From positions 1,024,001 to 1,088,000 of the forward strand of contig OX638340.1 in NCBI GenBank assembly GCA_951812955.1: a stretch of DNA of 64,000 nt, given 5' to 3'. Made by a program: the position numbers and the translations under genes. Shown one piece after another: positions 1 through 10,240 of this stretch. How positions within the stretch are numbered: the first letter of the stretch is position 1; the number at the start of each line of letters is the position of its first letter. Origin of the DNA: an uncultured Gemmatimonadota bacterium. GTDB lineage: Bacteria > JAAXHH01. The notes beneath the pieces were generated by a model. That model worked only from the letters and a program-made list of their open reading frames with translations. It was not told the DNA's origin and did not search any database.

Positions 1-60
1 TACCGCAACGTGAAGGTGGACGGCCACGTGGAGAAGGTGCTCGACGAAGTGTCCGGCTGA
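1..60 (+). CDS. 3' end of an unidentified CDS (partial at window edge; ...YRNVKVDGHVEKVLDEVSG*)
   Basis: The frame is open from base 1 to the TGA at 58-60. It is too short for a family assignment. Confidence 0.35.
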   Translation, partial: YRNVKVDGHVEKVLDEVSG

Positions 61-94
61 AGCGCGCACGGCCCGGCGATCCGTCGCCCGACTG

Positions 95-961
95 TTAGAG
101 CATGAACCGTTTCAGGTGGGCCCGCGCGCGGACGAAACCCTCCTCTTCCAGATCCCACGAGCTATAATACCGGCCGTCCTCATGCTCGATGCTGAGTATG
201 CCGTCGTACCCGAAATCCTCGAGCCGTTTCATGATTTGCGCCCAGTCGGCCAGGCCCTCGCCGGGTATACAATACCGCCAGTAGCCTTCGCCGAAAGCGA
301 CCCGTGATTCGAAGGAAGGTTTGATTCTACCGTAAAGATAGAGCGCTTCCTCGTCGAACATGGTGTCCTTGGCGTGGACATGGTGTGCCCGGTGGCCGAA
401 TTCATTCAGGAAGCGCATCGGGTCCACACCCAGCCTGATCAGGTGCGAGGGATCGTAGTTGATCCCGAAGGCGGGCGATGGGCAGGCCTCGAACATGGCA
501 CGCAGCATCTCGGGCGTCGCGCCGATCCGCTCATGGTGGGTAGATCCACCGGGCCAGCCCTCTAAGGCGATGGTCGCCCCTCTGGATTCGGCAAAATCCG
601 CGATATCGGGCATGGTGCGCTTCCACTGTTCGAAAGTCGCATCGCGTCCCTGGGCGGGGTCCCCGGGTGCCGGCGCCACATAGAACATATTGGTCACGCC
701 ATGGTCCACCGCGCGCTGTATGGAATCCCTGGACTCGCCCAGCGCATGTTCCCGCTGTCCGGCGTCTTCACTCAACAGTTCCGTGCCGGCGACCAGGTCT
801 ACCTGGCCGATGGCCACGCCGTGTGTTTCGGCGGTCCGGACCTTGTCCCCGTCGATCCGGGAAATGTCGATCGTATCGAACCCCTTTTCGGCCATCCACG
901 CGCAGACCGACTCAAATGGCATTTCGTTCAATCGGCCCGTAGTGCGAATCCCCACTCTCAT
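95..961 (-). CDS. sugar phosphate isomerase/epimerase (xylose isomerase-like TIM barrel family)
   Basis: 288-aa ORF whose layout and C-terminal ...LSIEHEDG... resemble AP-endonuclease-2/xylose-isomerase-like TIM barrels. This is a family-level call only. Confidence 0.7.
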   Translation of the reverse strand: MRVGIRTTGRLNEMPFESVCAWMAEKGFDTIDISRIDGDKVRTAETHGVAIGQVDLVAGTELLSEDAGQREHALGESRDSIQRAVDHGVTNMFYVAPAPGDPAQGRDATFEQWKRTMPDIADFAESRGATIALEGWPGGSTHHERIGATPEMLRAMFEACPSPAFGINYDPSHLIRLGVDPMRFLNEFGHRAHHVHAKDTMFDEEALYLYGRIKPSFESRVAFGEGYWRYCIPGEGLADWAQIMKRLEDFGYDGILSIEHEDGRYYSSWDLEEEGFVRARAHLKRFML

Positions 962-994
962 CGTGACTCTCCTTCAGATTTGAAAAAACGTCGT

Positions 995-1022
995 TGACAC
1001 AGTCGCCGGTCAATGTATATGA
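995..1022 (+). promoter_or_regulatory. candidate sigma70-type promoter upstream of bioY (TTGACA-16 nt-TATATG), overlapping inverted repeat TTGAC-N10-GTCAA
   Basis: TTGACA lies at 995-1000 and TATATG at 1017-1022. The arms TTGAC (995-999) and GTCAA (1010-1014) are reverse complements. Read by eye only. Confidence 0.3.
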
Positions 1023-1104
1023 ACCTGCATGGGGTCGCAAGGCAAAGCAGCCCTTTGAAACCGCAGACCATATGTGATTCGACTGGGACTGCAGAAAGGA
1101 CAAT

Positions 1105-1656
1105 TTGACCAGGAACACGCGACTGGCCACGGCCTCCCTGATGGCGGCGCTGACCGCGGTGAGCGCCTACGTAATCCTGCCCATTGGCCCGGTGCCGATC
1201 ACCATGCAGACCTGCTTCGTCCTGCTCTCCGGCGCGGTGCTCGGCAGCCGCTGGGGCGCCGGAAGCCAGATCGTCTACGTTTGTCTCGGCCTGGCGGGCA
1301 TCCCGGTATTCGCCGGCGGCATGAGCGGCCCCGGAGTCGTGATTTCGCCGACTTTCGGCTACATCGCAGGATTCGTGCTGGCCGCGTTTCTGACCGGAAA
1401 ATACCTGGAGCGTTTTTCCAGGAACAGCGTAACGCATCTCGCCGCGGGCATGCTGATCGGGCAGGCGGCCATCTGGGGATGCGGCCTGTTGTACCTCCAT
1501 GCCTATTTCAATCTGTACGCGGGCGTGGAGACCTCGTGGCGCGGCGCCATTGCCATGGGACTGCTTCCCTTCATCCCCTTCGACCTGGTCAAGCTCGTAC
1601 TCGCGTTGTCCGTCAGCCGCACGTTGTCCAGGTATACGCCTTGGGAAACTGCATGA
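1105..1656 (+). CDS. bioY: biotin transporter BioY (ECF S-component type)
   Basis: 183-aa polytopic membrane ORF. ...VSAYVILPIGPVPITMQT...GIPVFAGG...FGYIAGF... is typical of the BioY family. Confidence 0.8.
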   Translation: MTRNTRLATASLMAALTAVSAYVILPIGPVPITMQTCFVLLSGAVLGSRWGAGSQIVYVCLGLAGIPVFAGGMSGPGVVISPTFGYIAGFVLAAFLTGKYLERFSRNSVTHLAAGMLIGQAAIWGCGLLYLHAYFNLYAGVETSWRGAIAMGLLPFIPFDLVKLVLALSVSRTLSRYTPWETA

Positions 1657-1711
1657 GGTCTTGAGACCGGCGACCGCTCCCCTGCGCGAAGCGGCGGCAG
1701 ACACCTCGCTG

Positions 1712-1740
1712 TTGACACGACAACGGCGGATCAGTATAGT
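1712..1740 (+). promoter_or_regulatory. candidate sigma70-type promoter (TTGACA-17 nt-TATAGT) for the substrate-binding protein gene
   Basis: TTGACA at 1712-1717 and TATAGT at 1735-1740 with a 17-nt spacer, about 40 nt upstream of the ATG at 1780. Confidence 0.45.
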
Positions 1741-1779
1741 CTTTACCTTCCGGGATCGCGCGACAGCGCCGGTCCCATC

Positions 1780-3534
1780 ATGTACACAACATCTTCAGGT
1801 AATCCCATGAAGGAATGGACACGATCGATCCGGGTTGCGTGTTCGCGCTTTCCGGCCTTATCCGCGCGCGGCCGTATAGCCGCCGTCTCGACATGTCTGC
1901 TCGGGTTCCTGCTCGGATTCCTGCCGGCCGGTACGCTGACCGGCGCCGTCCCAGTGGTCAATTCCATTGGAAAACCGATGCCGCCGGACGCGGCGCCCCT
2001 GGACCAGCAGGTGTTCCGCTACACGCTGGTCGAGCCTCTGACCTTCGACGTCAGTATCAACATTTACGAGGGCCAGGGAGCGCTTACGCTGTTCGAGCGC
2101 CTGGTCATGCTCGACAAGAACCTGGAGCTGGTCGGCGCGGCGGCTTCCTCGTGGGAGCAGTCGGCGGACGGGCTTCGCTGGACGTTCAAACTCCGTCCCG
2201 ATGGGAGATGGAGTGATGGACGCAGGGTCACGGCACACGACTACGAATACACCTACAAGCGGTTCCTCGATCCGGCCGTGGCAAGTCCCTACGCCTTCTT
2301 CTACTACGAAATCAAGGGCGCCCGCCCGTTCAACCAGGGCAGTGTTACCGATCCATCAACCGTGGGCGTGCGTGCCCTGGACGACCTCACGCTGGAGATC
2401 GAAACGGAGAAGCCCTGTCCCTATCTGCCCTTTATTGTGGCTTTCACCGGATCGGGACCGGTACCCCGGTGGCAGGTGGAAAAACACGGGGTACTTTGGA
2501 GCGAAGCCGGGAACCTGGTTTCCAATGCGAGCTACACCCTATCTGAATGGCAAAAGGGCAGGCAGGCCACGCTGACCCTCAATCCCTACTATACCGGTCC
2601 CCATAAGGGGTATCTCGAGAAAATCGTCCAGATATTCACCACGGGACACCCGGGTACCCCGCCGTACGAGAACGACGAAATCGACTATCTCAGGGTCCTG
2701 TTGACCGACCTGCCGTTTATTGAGAACCATCCAACCCTGAAATCCGAGCTTGTATACTACGCCTTTCCGGAAACGTGGTATCTTTTTTTCAAGACCCGCG
2801 AGCCGCCATTCGACGATGTACGGGTGCGGCGGGCGATCAGCCACGCCATCGACCGCGAGGCCTTGTGCACCGTCGTGCTGCGAAATACGGGCGTACCCGC
2901 ATACTCCATGTTGCCTCCCAGATTCCCAGGCAGCGCGGATTCGTCCATACAGGCAATCCAGGCTTACGACACCGAACGCGCCAAGGCCCTGCTTGCCGAA
3001 GCGGGCTATCCCGATGGAAAGGGGTTTCCGGTCATCGATTTCTGGATAGGCAAGACCAATCCCCAGATCAGTTACACCGCCCAGGCCGTGCAGGCGATGC
3101 TTGGAAATACCCTGGGGATGCGTATGCGGATGAGAGGTTCGGAGGACAAGGTGTACCGGGACAACATGTACAAGTGGAACATCCCCATGGGGCTTGGAGG
3201 ATTCAATGCGGACTATCCCGATCCGAACAACCTGCTCGGTATGGTATGGCGTTCGCAGCCGAGGGGATTCGGGCGGCAGGACTGGCGTAACGAGGGTTTC
3301 GACCAGCTGATCGACGCGGCGGCGGACGAGTTGGATCACAACAAGCGCATGAGCATGTACCAGGAAGCGGAACGGATCCTGGCGGAAGACGCCGGCGGCG
3401 CATTTCTGTACCATAACATGACGGTGGATCTGCGCAAACCCTATCTCAAAGGGCTCGAAGTCAACAAGTTCGGATACACGATGTTCTCCTGGATCGGCAT
3501 CATGCATACGAAAATGTACATCGCCCGGCATTAG
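1780..3534 (+). CDS. ABC transporter substrate-binding protein, family 5 (peptide/nickel/opine type), orphan
   Basis: 584-aa ORF with an N-terminal hydrophobic signal region and the length and sequence style of family-5 SBPs (OppA/DppA-like). No permease or ATPase genes are adjacent. The start may be the ATG at 1807. Confidence 0.75.
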   Translation: MYTTSSGNPMKEWTRSIRVACSRFPALSARGRIAAVSTCLLGFLLGFLPAGTLTGAVPVVNSIGKPMPPDAAPLDQQVFRYTLVEPLTFDVSINIYEGQGALTLFERLVMLDKNLELVGAAASSWEQSADGLRWTFKLRPDGRWSDGRRVTAHDYEYTYKRFLDPAVASPYAFFYYEIKGARPFNQGSVTDPSTVGVRALDDLTLEIETEKPCPYLPFIVAFTGSGPVPRWQVEKHGVLWSEAGNLVSNASYTLSEWQKGRQATLTLNPYYTGPHKGYLEKIVQIFTTGHPGTPPYENDEIDYLRVLLTDLPFIENHPTLKSELVYYAFPETWYLFFKTREPPFDDVRVRRAISHAIDREALCTVVLRNTGVPAYSMLPPRFPGSADSSIQAIQAYDTERAKALLAEAGYPDGKGFPVIDFWIGKTNPQISYTAQAVQAMLGNTLGMRMRMRGSEDKVYRDNMYKWNIPMGLGGFNADYPDPNNLLGMVWRSQPRGFGRQDWRNEGFDQLIDAAADELDHNKRMSMYQEAERILAEDAGGAFLYHNMTVDLRKPYLKGLEVNKFGYTMFSWIGIMHTKMYIARH

Positions 3535-3569
3535 AATCGATTACCCGGAAGGAGCGCACGGAACTTGAT

Positions 3570-4436
3570 ATGCTCGGAAGGAGTGAACGGACCTTGAACG
3601 TGGAAGGGATCGTTACCGAAGACATCGTACGACAATACCGGGAAGACGGCGCGGTGTGCATCAGAAAGGCCTTCGATCCGCACTGGGTGTCCGTCGTGGA
3701 AGCCGGCGTGTCACGCAACGTGGCAGAGCCCAGCGACTATGCGGGCGTTCTGAAAGCGGGCGAGGAAGACAGGGGCGGGTTCTTCGACGACTACTGCAAC
3801 TGGCAGCGGATTCCCGAATACGGCGACTTCGTGTACGCGTCACCCGCGGGGGCCATGACGGCGCAGCTGATGGCATCGGGGAGCTCAGTATTCTATCACG
3901 AGCATCTGCTGATCAAGTGGCCCGGCACGCTCAAGCGGACGCCCTGGCACCACGACCAGCCCTATTACCCGGTGAACGGCCGGCAGAACGTATCCCTCTG
4001 GATGCCACTGGACCCGGTTTCGAAAGCGTCCTGCGTACAGTTCATCAGGGGTTCCCACAACTGGGACCGCTGGTTCGTCCCCCGCAAGTTCGCCAGCGAG
4101 ACCAATTACGCCCTCGCGGACGCCTCGGCGAAGCCGATGCTCGGTGACCGGCCCTTCGAGGACGTGCCGCCCATCGACGAACACCTGGAAGACTACGATA
4201 TCCTCGCGTGGGACATGGAACCCGGCGACGTCATCGCCTTTCACATGTGCACGCTGCACGGCGCGGCCGGCAACCAGTCCCTCTCCGATGCGCGGCGCGT
4301 CCTGGCCACGCGCTGGCTCGGTGACGACACCCGGTTTACCGACAGGCCCTGGGAGATTTCTCCTAAGGTGACGGGAGGTCTGGCCCCGGGAGATCCCATG
4401 GCCTGCGACCAGTTCCCGCTGGTCTGGTCAGCATAA
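3570..4436 (+). CDS. phytanoyl-CoA dioxygenase (PhyH) family Fe(II)/2-oxoglutarate dioxygenase
   Basis: 288 aa with WHHDQPYYP (the HxD of the facial triad) and a distal ...LHGAAGN... His, as in PhyH-family proteins. Confidence 0.7.
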   Translation: MLGRSERTLNVEGIVTEDIVRQYREDGAVCIRKAFDPHWVSVVEAGVSRNVAEPSDYAGVLKAGEEDRGGFFDDYCNWQRIPEYGDFVYASPAGAMTAQLMASGSSVFYHEHLLIKWPGTLKRTPWHHDQPYYPVNGRQNVSLWMPLDPVSKASCVQFIRGSHNWDRWFVPRKFASETNYALADASAKPMLGDRPFEDVPPIDEHLEDYDILAWDMEPGDVIAFHMCTLHGAAGNQSLSDARRVLATRWLGDDTRFTDRPWEISPKVTGGLAPGDPMACDQFPLVWSA

Positions 4437-4449
4437 AGAAGGAACCCAC

Positions 4450-5283
4450 ATGAACCATCAGTTAACGACCGAGCAGATCGCGTCTTACAGGGAAAACGGC
4501 TTTCTGATCATAGAGGATTTCCTGAATGAATCCGAACTGGAGACCTGGCGGTCGGCAGTGGAGGAAGCGGTGGCGTTGCGGGACGAGAACCGGCTGCCGG
4601 AGGGATCCTACCACCTGGACAGGAAGGTAACGGCGGGGGATGAAGCCGTATTCCGGCAGCGGATCAACCTGTGGATGGATCATGCCGGCGTTCGCACGCT
4701 GATGCTGGACAGTAGGCTGGGCAGAATGGCGGCCGACCTGGAAGGCGTCGAAGGAATACGGATCTGGCACGACCAGGCCCTGATCAAGCTGCCGTGGGCG
4801 AATCCCACCACCTGGCATCAGGACAATACCAAGTGGTCCTTCGTGTCAGACCACTCCATCACGATCTGGGTCGCCCTCGACGAGGTAACCATCCAGAACG
4901 GCTGCATGTTTTTCATGCCCGGTTCCCAAAAGAAACGGCGCGACGATTACCCGGCGGCGGGGAATCACGTGGGCGCCATGTTCGAAGCTTATCCCGATCT
5001 CGGCGCGATGGAACCCGTGCCCGTCGTCATGCCGGCGGGGGGCTGTTCCTTTCACAACGGACTGATCGTGCACGCCGCCAATGCAAATATGACGCCCTAT
5101 CCGCGAAGGGCCTTTACCTGCGCCTACATGCCCGACCACAGCCGTTTCAACGGCATACCCAATGTCCTTCCCAAGCGGATCCTGAATACCATTCAAATTG
5201 GCGATCCGCTTGAAGATGGAGACCAGAACCCGCTGATCCACACCTACGACCCGAAACGCGAAGGCCTCACCGGCCCCGTGTGA
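4450..5283 (+). CDS. phytanoyl-CoA dioxygenase (PhyH) family dioxygenase (tandem paralogue)
   Basis: 277 aa with the N-terminal ...YRENGFLIIEDFL..., WHQDNTKW and ...VHAANAN... motifs. It starts 13 nt after the previous PhyH gene. Confidence 0.7.
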   Translation: MNHQLTTEQIASYRENGFLIIEDFLNESELETWRSAVEEAVALRDENRLPEGSYHLDRKVTAGDEAVFRQRINLWMDHAGVRTLMLDSRLGRMAADLEGVEGIRIWHDQALIKLPWANPTTWHQDNTKWSFVSDHSITIWVALDEVTIQNGCMFFMPGSQKKRRDDYPAAGNHVGAMFEAYPDLGAMEPVPVVMPAGGCSFHNGLIVHAANANMTPYPRRAFTCAYMPDHSRFNGIPNVLPKRILNTIQIGDPLEDGDQNPLIHTYDPKREGLTGPV

Positions 5284-5295
5284 GGAGGTACATCG

Positions 5296-8004
5296 ATGAA
5301 CCGGTTTACCGTCCTGCCACTGTTATGCCTGATTCTTCTCTGCGGAACGATCTCCGGCGTTTCAAAAGCGCAGGACTTCGAGTATTGGCCCGGCACCGAA
5401 TACGATGCTTCGGTACCCACCGCGGAGGAGATCCTGGGCTACCGGATCGGTGACCGCATCACGCCCCACGCGGGCCTGATGAAATACCTGGAAGCGCTCG
5501 AGTCGGCGATGCCCGACCAGGTGCATATTCTCGAATACGCACAGTCCTGGGAAAGGCGCAGACTCGTCTATGCTTTCGTGGGATCGGCGGAACACATCGG
5601 CGCACTGGCGGCCATCGGCGAAGGCATGGAACGGCTGGCGGACCCGAGAATAACGTCCCGCGCCAGCGCCGACAGCCTGATTGCCTCCATGCCGGTAATT
5701 GTGAATCTCAGCTACAGCGTGCACGGAAACGAGATCTCCCCTTCGGATGCGGCGCTGCTCACGGCCTACCACCTGCTGGCGGCCCGGAACGACCCTGTCG
5801 TCGACCGGATCCTCAAAGAGACGATCGTGATGATCGATCCGGTCCAGAATCCCGATGGGCGGGACCGGTTCGTCCATAATTTCGAGATCGCCGAAGGACT
5901 GGAGCCGAATGCCAGTCCGCTTGCGGCCGAGCACAACGAACCCTGGCCCGGGGGGCGGACCAACCATTACTACTTCGACCTGAACCGCGACTGGATTTCG
6001 TTGAACCATCCCGAGACCCTGGGGAGGGTGAAGGTTCTGCAGGAGTATTTCCCGCCGGTCTTCGTCGACCTCCACGAAATGGGATCCAATGCCACCTATT
6101 ACTTCGCGCCAGAGGCCATTCCCTACAATCCGCACCTGGCCAGGGACCAGCGGGAGAGTCTCCAGCTCTTCGGAAAAAACAACGCGAAGTGGTTCGACCA
6201 TTTCGGATTCTCGTACTTCACGAGGGAAGTGTTCGACGCCTTCTATCCGGGTTACGGCGCGAGTTGGCCGTCCTACTACGGCAGCGTGGCCATGACGTAT
6301 GAACAGGCGTCGGCCCGGGGACTCGTCGTCCGAAGAAGCGACGAGTCGGTCATGCATTTCCGGGACACGGTGCGGCATCACTTCGTCGCTTCCATCGCCA
6401 CCAGCGAAACGGCGGCGAGCAACCGGGAGCAGCTACTGGCGGACTTCTATGCCTACCGGCAGTCGGCGATTGAAGAAGGCCGCAGCGAAGATATCCGGTC
6501 CTACATCCTGCCGCGCAGGTTGGCCGGCAACACCTCGGGAGTGGACAAGCTGGCCTGGCTCATGGCTTATCACGGCGTGGAGGTCCAGCAGGCCGGTTCG
6601 GACTTCCGGGCGGGAGGGAAGAACTATCCCGCGGGCAGTTACGTCATATCTCTCGCCCAGCCCGCCAAGCGCCTGATTCGCACGCTCATGGATACGCACG
6701 TACCGATGAGCGAGGACTTTATCGCGGAACAGGAGCGGCGCAGGAGCAAGGGCTTAGGCGACCAGATATACGACGTGACCGCGTGGTCCTTTCCGCTGAT
6801 GTACAACGTCGAAACCGTGGCCGTGGACCGCCAGGTCGAGGGAAATCTCACCATGGTCGATCCCGCCCTGGTTCCGCCGGGATCGATCACGGGAGGCCGC
6901 GCGGAAGTAGCCTATCTGGTTCCCTGGGGCACCCAGGCCGCGGGTCGGCTGCTGGCCGCTTCGCTGAGGGCGGGACTCCGCGCATTCAGTACCGACCTGG
7001 CGTTCGCGCAGGGGGACCGGCGCTACCCGACCGGCACGCTGATCTTCAAGGTCAAGGACAACCCGGATCACATGCACGAAACGTTGGCGGAGATCGCCGT
7101 CTCATCCGGAGCGGAAGTCATCGCGACCGATACCGGGTGGGTGGATGAAGGGCCTAATTTCGGCAGCAACAACGTCGTGTATATGCGCAAGCCCCGCATC
7201 GCCCTGGCGTGGGACAGGCCGACCCGGGCCTACAACGCCGGCGCCACCCGTTTCGTCGTGGAACGCCAGATCGGGTACCCGGTGACGCCTATCCGGACGC
7301 GCCAGATTGCCACTGCCGACCTGAGGGACTTCGATGTACTGCTGCTGCCCGATCCCGGGTTCGGCGCCACTTATGAGGACGTACTCGGCGAACGGGGAAC
7401 CAGGCGGATAAGGGACTGGGTCCGTACCGGCGGCACGGTGGTTGGCCTGGGCAGCGGCGCCACGGCCTTCCTCGCGGGTGGTATGACCGGACTTCTTTCG
7501 ACGGCCAGAGAGGACCAGGCCAAAGAGGACGGCGAAGGCGACGGCGATACCGGTGACGGAGATGCTGCCGGCAGGATATTCCGTACGGAAGAAGAATACC
7601 TGAGGGCGTTGAAGTCCGATGACTCCGCGCCGCCGGCCACGCAGGGCGTCCTCCTCAAGGCCGGGCTCGATCCCGACCACTGGTTGGCCGCCGGCAGGGA
7701 CAGCACCGTGAACGCCCTGGTCAGCGGCAGCTCGATCTTTACTCCGCTCAAGCTGGACGAAGGAAATAACGTGGCCGTCTTTCTGGGTCCCGACGAAGTA
7801 CTCGCCAGTGGGTTCGCGTGGGAAGGCAGCACGAAACAGTTGGCCTACAAGCCTTTGCTCATGGAAGAACGACACGGCCGCGGCCTGGCCATCGGGTTTA
7901 CGGCCGACCCGAACTTCAGGGCGTACATGGACGGTCTGAACATCCTGTTCCTCAACGCGATATTTCGAGGCCCGGCCCATTCGGGAGCGGCCGTGACCGA
8001 GTAG
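5296..8004 (+). CDS. M14 family zinc carboxypeptidase, long form with C-terminal extension
   Basis: 902 aa with a signal peptide. SVHGNEISPS supplies the HxxE zinc ligands and DLHEMG the third His ligand. An acidic low-complexity stretch EDGEGDGDTGDGD lies in the C-terminal half. Confidence 0.8.
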   Translation: MNRFTVLPLLCLILLCGTISGVSKAQDFEYWPGTEYDASVPTAEEILGYRIGDRITPHAGLMKYLEALESAMPDQVHILEYAQSWERRRLVYAFVGSAEHIGALAAIGEGMERLADPRITSRASADSLIASMPVIVNLSYSVHGNEISPSDAALLTAYHLLAARNDPVVDRILKETIVMIDPVQNPDGRDRFVHNFEIAEGLEPNASPLAAEHNEPWPGGRTNHYYFDLNRDWISLNHPETLGRVKVLQEYFPPVFVDLHEMGSNATYYFAPEAIPYNPHLARDQRESLQLFGKNNAKWFDHFGFSYFTREVFDAFYPGYGASWPSYYGSVAMTYEQASARGLVVRRSDESVMHFRDTVRHHFVASIATSETAASNREQLLADFYAYRQSAIEEGRSEDIRSYILPRRLAGNTSGVDKLAWLMAYHGVEVQQAGSDFRAGGKNYPAGSYVISLAQPAKRLIRTLMDTHVPMSEDFIAEQERRRSKGLGDQIYDVTAWSFPLMYNVETVAVDRQVEGNLTMVDPALVPPGSITGGRAEVAYLVPWGTQAAGRLLAASLRAGLRAFSTDLAFAQGDRRYPTGTLIFKVKDNPDHMHETLAEIAVSSGAEVIATDTGWVDEGPNFGSNNVVYMRKPRIALAWDRPTRAYNAGATRFVVERQIGYPVTPIRTRQIATADLRDFDVLLLPDPGFGATYEDVLGERGTRRIRDWVRTGGTVVGLGSGATAFLAGGMTGLLSTAREDQAKEDGEGDGDTGDGDAAGRIFRTEEEYLRALKSDDSAPPATQGVLLKAGLDPDHWLAAGRDSTVNALVSGSSIFTPLKLDEGNNVAVFLGPDEVLASGFAWEGSTKQLAYKPLLMEERHGRGLAIGFTADPNFRAYMDGLNILFLNAIFRGPAHSGAAVTE

Positions 8005-8125
8005 GCAAACCGAGCGCCCGAATCGACCTCGGTGAAGCCGGCGCATTATCGAAACGGCCGGGGAACAGATCCGCGACCCGGTGGCAGTCTGATAGAACAA
8101 CTCCCGAAGAAAGGCGGTCTGTGGC

Positions 8126-9133
8126 ATGTCCTCCATTCCCATGCGTAACACCCCGCCGGACCATGGTATCAGGGTGCCTTACGAAACCCATTCTGCATTT
8201 ATCGCGGAACTTTTCGCCGCGGCCGGCATGAGACGCGGTGAAGCCGGGTTGATGGCCAGGATCCTTGCCACGGCCGACAAACGCTGTGTGTACAGCCACG
8301 GCACACAGCAGGCGCTCGGGTATTTGCCGAAGCTTCGTGACGGCGAGGTGAATCCACGCCCAAACGTCACCGCGGTTCGCGAATCGGACACCGTCGTGGT
8401 CCTGGACGGAGACGGCGGCATGGGATACGGACCGTCCCACCGGGGTATGGAAACCGCCATCGAAAAAGCCCTGGCCCATGGCCTTGGCGCGGCCACCACG
8501 CGGAACCATTATCATTTCGGCGCGGCAGGGAACTACTCCCGCATGGCCCTGGAACATGGGTGCGTGGGATGGGCACTGTCCACCCACCGCGTCGCGCTCG
8601 ATCCTGACAGCGTGATCATGTCCGCAAGCGGCGGTTCGCCCATGAGCCTGGCCTTCCCGACGCGGAGCCAGCCTCCCCTGGTGCTCGACATGGCCGCGGT
8701 TTTCATGGGATACAAGGACGAACTGTTCCAGGAATTCTATGCCTTGTTCGCCAAGAGCCTGGGTCTCGCGGTCGCCTTGCAGGCGCTCGGGGGCATCCTG
8801 GCCGGCATCTGGAGGCCTGAATTCCAACCTCCCCGGACGAAATGGGAATCCAACCAGGGCGCTTTCCTGCTGGCCATGAAGATCGATCACTTCATGGATC
8901 TGGACGAGTTTGAGCGATCACTGGACGATTTCGTATCGAAGGCGAGGAACATGAGGCCGTTCCCTGGCATGCCATCGGCGGAACTGCCTGGTGGGATGGA
9001 GTGGCGGTGGGAAAAGGAAAATGATGAGACGGGGGTGCCGTTGAGCGACGAACACCGCGTGAGGCTGGAGGAGATCGCGGATACGTTCAACGTAGAGCCG
9101 CCCTACGAGTCGTTCGAATCCACGCGGTTCTGA
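8126..9133 (+). CDS. Ldh_2 family (malate/L-lactate/ureidoglycolate dehydrogenase type 2) oxidoreductase
   Basis: 335 aa. ...HGTQQALGYLPKLRDGEVNPRPN...VLDGDGGMGY... matches the recognisable pattern of the Ldh_2 family. Confidence 0.65.
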   Translation: MSSIPMRNTPPDHGIRVPYETHSAFIAELFAAAGMRRGEAGLMARILATADKRCVYSHGTQQALGYLPKLRDGEVNPRPNVTAVRESDTVVVLDGDGGMGYGPSHRGMETAIEKALAHGLGAATTRNHYHFGAAGNYSRMALEHGCVGWALSTHRVALDPDSVIMSASGGSPMSLAFPTRSQPPLVLDMAAVFMGYKDELFQEFYALFAKSLGLAVALQALGGILAGIWRPEFQPPRTKWESNQGAFLLAMKIDHFMDLDEFERSLDDFVSKARNMRPFPGMPSAELPGGMEWRWEKENDETGVPLSDEHRVRLEEIADTFNVEPPYESFESTRF

Positions 9134-9187
9134 TACGGACTGCCTTTCCATTCCATACAGATTACCGGGGCGTTTAGCCGGCAGGGA

Positions 9188-9604
9188 TCAAGCGGTCGCC
9201 TCCTTGAACCAGGTTTCGTGCACGCGCAGCCATTCCAGTCCGTTCGGCATTGCATCATTGCGTCGGAATATCACGGTGCTGTGCCTGGAAGTGGTTTCTC
9301 CGCCTTCTTCCTGCCATTCTTCGTACTCCGCTATAACGAGTTCGTGATCTTCTGCCAGTATGCGGACGTTCTCGATCCAGATGCGTATACCCGGCCGGCC
9401 GGTGTGGGCTTCGTACAGGACTTTCAGCAGGGGTTCCCGCTCCACCTTTCCGCCATGCGGCATGACGATCACAAAGGCTCTAGCGAGCACGGTCCCCATT
9501 CGTTCGAACGCTTCGGTGGTCCTGGGGACACGACCGTTGAACCAGGATTCGAAACACTGGTGCAAGGCGTCGATTTCGTTTCGGCAGGAAGCGATCAGCT
9601 GCAT
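9188..9604 (-). CDS. DUF4440/SnoaL-like (NTF2-fold) protein
   Basis: 138-aa ORF whose size and sequence pattern (...FESWFNG...; C-terminal WLRVHETW) resemble NTF2-like DUF4440 proteins. Confidence 0.4.
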   Translation of the reverse strand: MQLIASCRNEIDALHQCFESWFNGRVPRTTEAFERMGTVLARAFVIVMPHGGKVEREPLLKVLYEAHTGRPGIRIWIENVRILAEDHELVIAEYEEWQEEGGETTSRHSTVIFRRNDAMPNGLEWLRVHETWFKEATA

Positions 9605-9697
9605 GGTTGATCCATTGTAAAGGCTATTAGGTTCGGGTGGTTAATTCTAGTTATCTTATTGAATTTATTGAAATAAGGTTTTATTCGATCGGAGGAT

Positions 9698-10240
9698 TCA
9701 CCGGCCTACCTTGAAGCCCACCATGGCGTAGACCGCGGTCGTGCTCACGCCCTTGTCCAGGTTGATGTATCTTCCCTCGATCCCCACGAACGCAATACCG
9801 AGCGAGGTCCCGACAAAAACGCCCGGCTGCGCGTAAAAGGTATTCGTCGTCCTGGTGATATCCGTCCTGGTATCATCCTCCAGGTTCATCGACTTCTCGG
9901 AATCCTGCGCCCGTCCCACTCCGATCATCGCGCGCACCAGAATGGGAGACGATACCAGCGTCACGCCCGCGTCCACCCCGTATAACAGCAGGGATTTCTC
10001 TCCGTCGTCCCCGGTTTTCGCAAGGTGATAGGTCGCTCTCGCACCGACGTGAACAGTTCTGATTCCGGTCGGCAGGCTAACGATTACACTGCCGCCCCCG
10101 CCTCTCTCGTATTTTTCCGTGGCCTGTCCGCCGTGAAAACCGAACTCGGCGCCCTGGGCGTGGGTCCGTTCCGGGGTGACGGCGGCCATGAGCCACATCA
10201 GGCAGACCGCGCGACAGATCAACTGCAAGAAAGTCATCAT
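9698..10240 (-). CDS. small outer-membrane beta-barrel protein (porin-family-like)
   Basis: 180 aa with a signal peptide ending ...THAQG and an alternating hydrophobic/Gly-rich strand pattern. Confidence 0.5.
   Translation of the reverse strand: MMTFLQLICRAVCLMWLMAAVTPERTHAQGAEFGFHGGQATEKYERGGGGSVIVSLPTGIRTVHVGARATYHLAKTGDDGEKSLLLYGVDAGVTLVSSPILVRAMIGVGRAQDSEKSMNLEDDTRTDITRTTNTFYAQPGVFVGTSLGIAFVGIEGRYINLDKGVSTTAVYAMVGFKVGR

Noticed and set aside
962-1104. A riboswitch or BirA operator upstream of bioY.
   Set aside because: The only structure seen is a 5-bp-arm inverted repeat (TTGAC-N10-GTCAA) overlapping a putative -35 box. It does not resemble the operator patterns I recall, and no riboswitch-like conserved structure is discernible by eye.
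958-1704. Many long ORFs antisense to, or out of frame with, the called genes. Examples are 958-1704(-), 7102-8151(-), 7952-8890(-), 10472-11848(+), 19341-20306(-), 20179-21081(-), 21264-22349(-), 25894-26937(-), 32256-33311(+), 36236-37564(+), 44316-45362(-), 45764-46666(-), 47533-48453(-), 61393-62178(-) and 63203-63847(-).
   Set aside because: Their translations are Arg/Pro/Gly-rich and low in complexity, with no recognisable motifs. Each fully overlaps a gene with strong family signatures. They are typical high-GC shadow ORFs.
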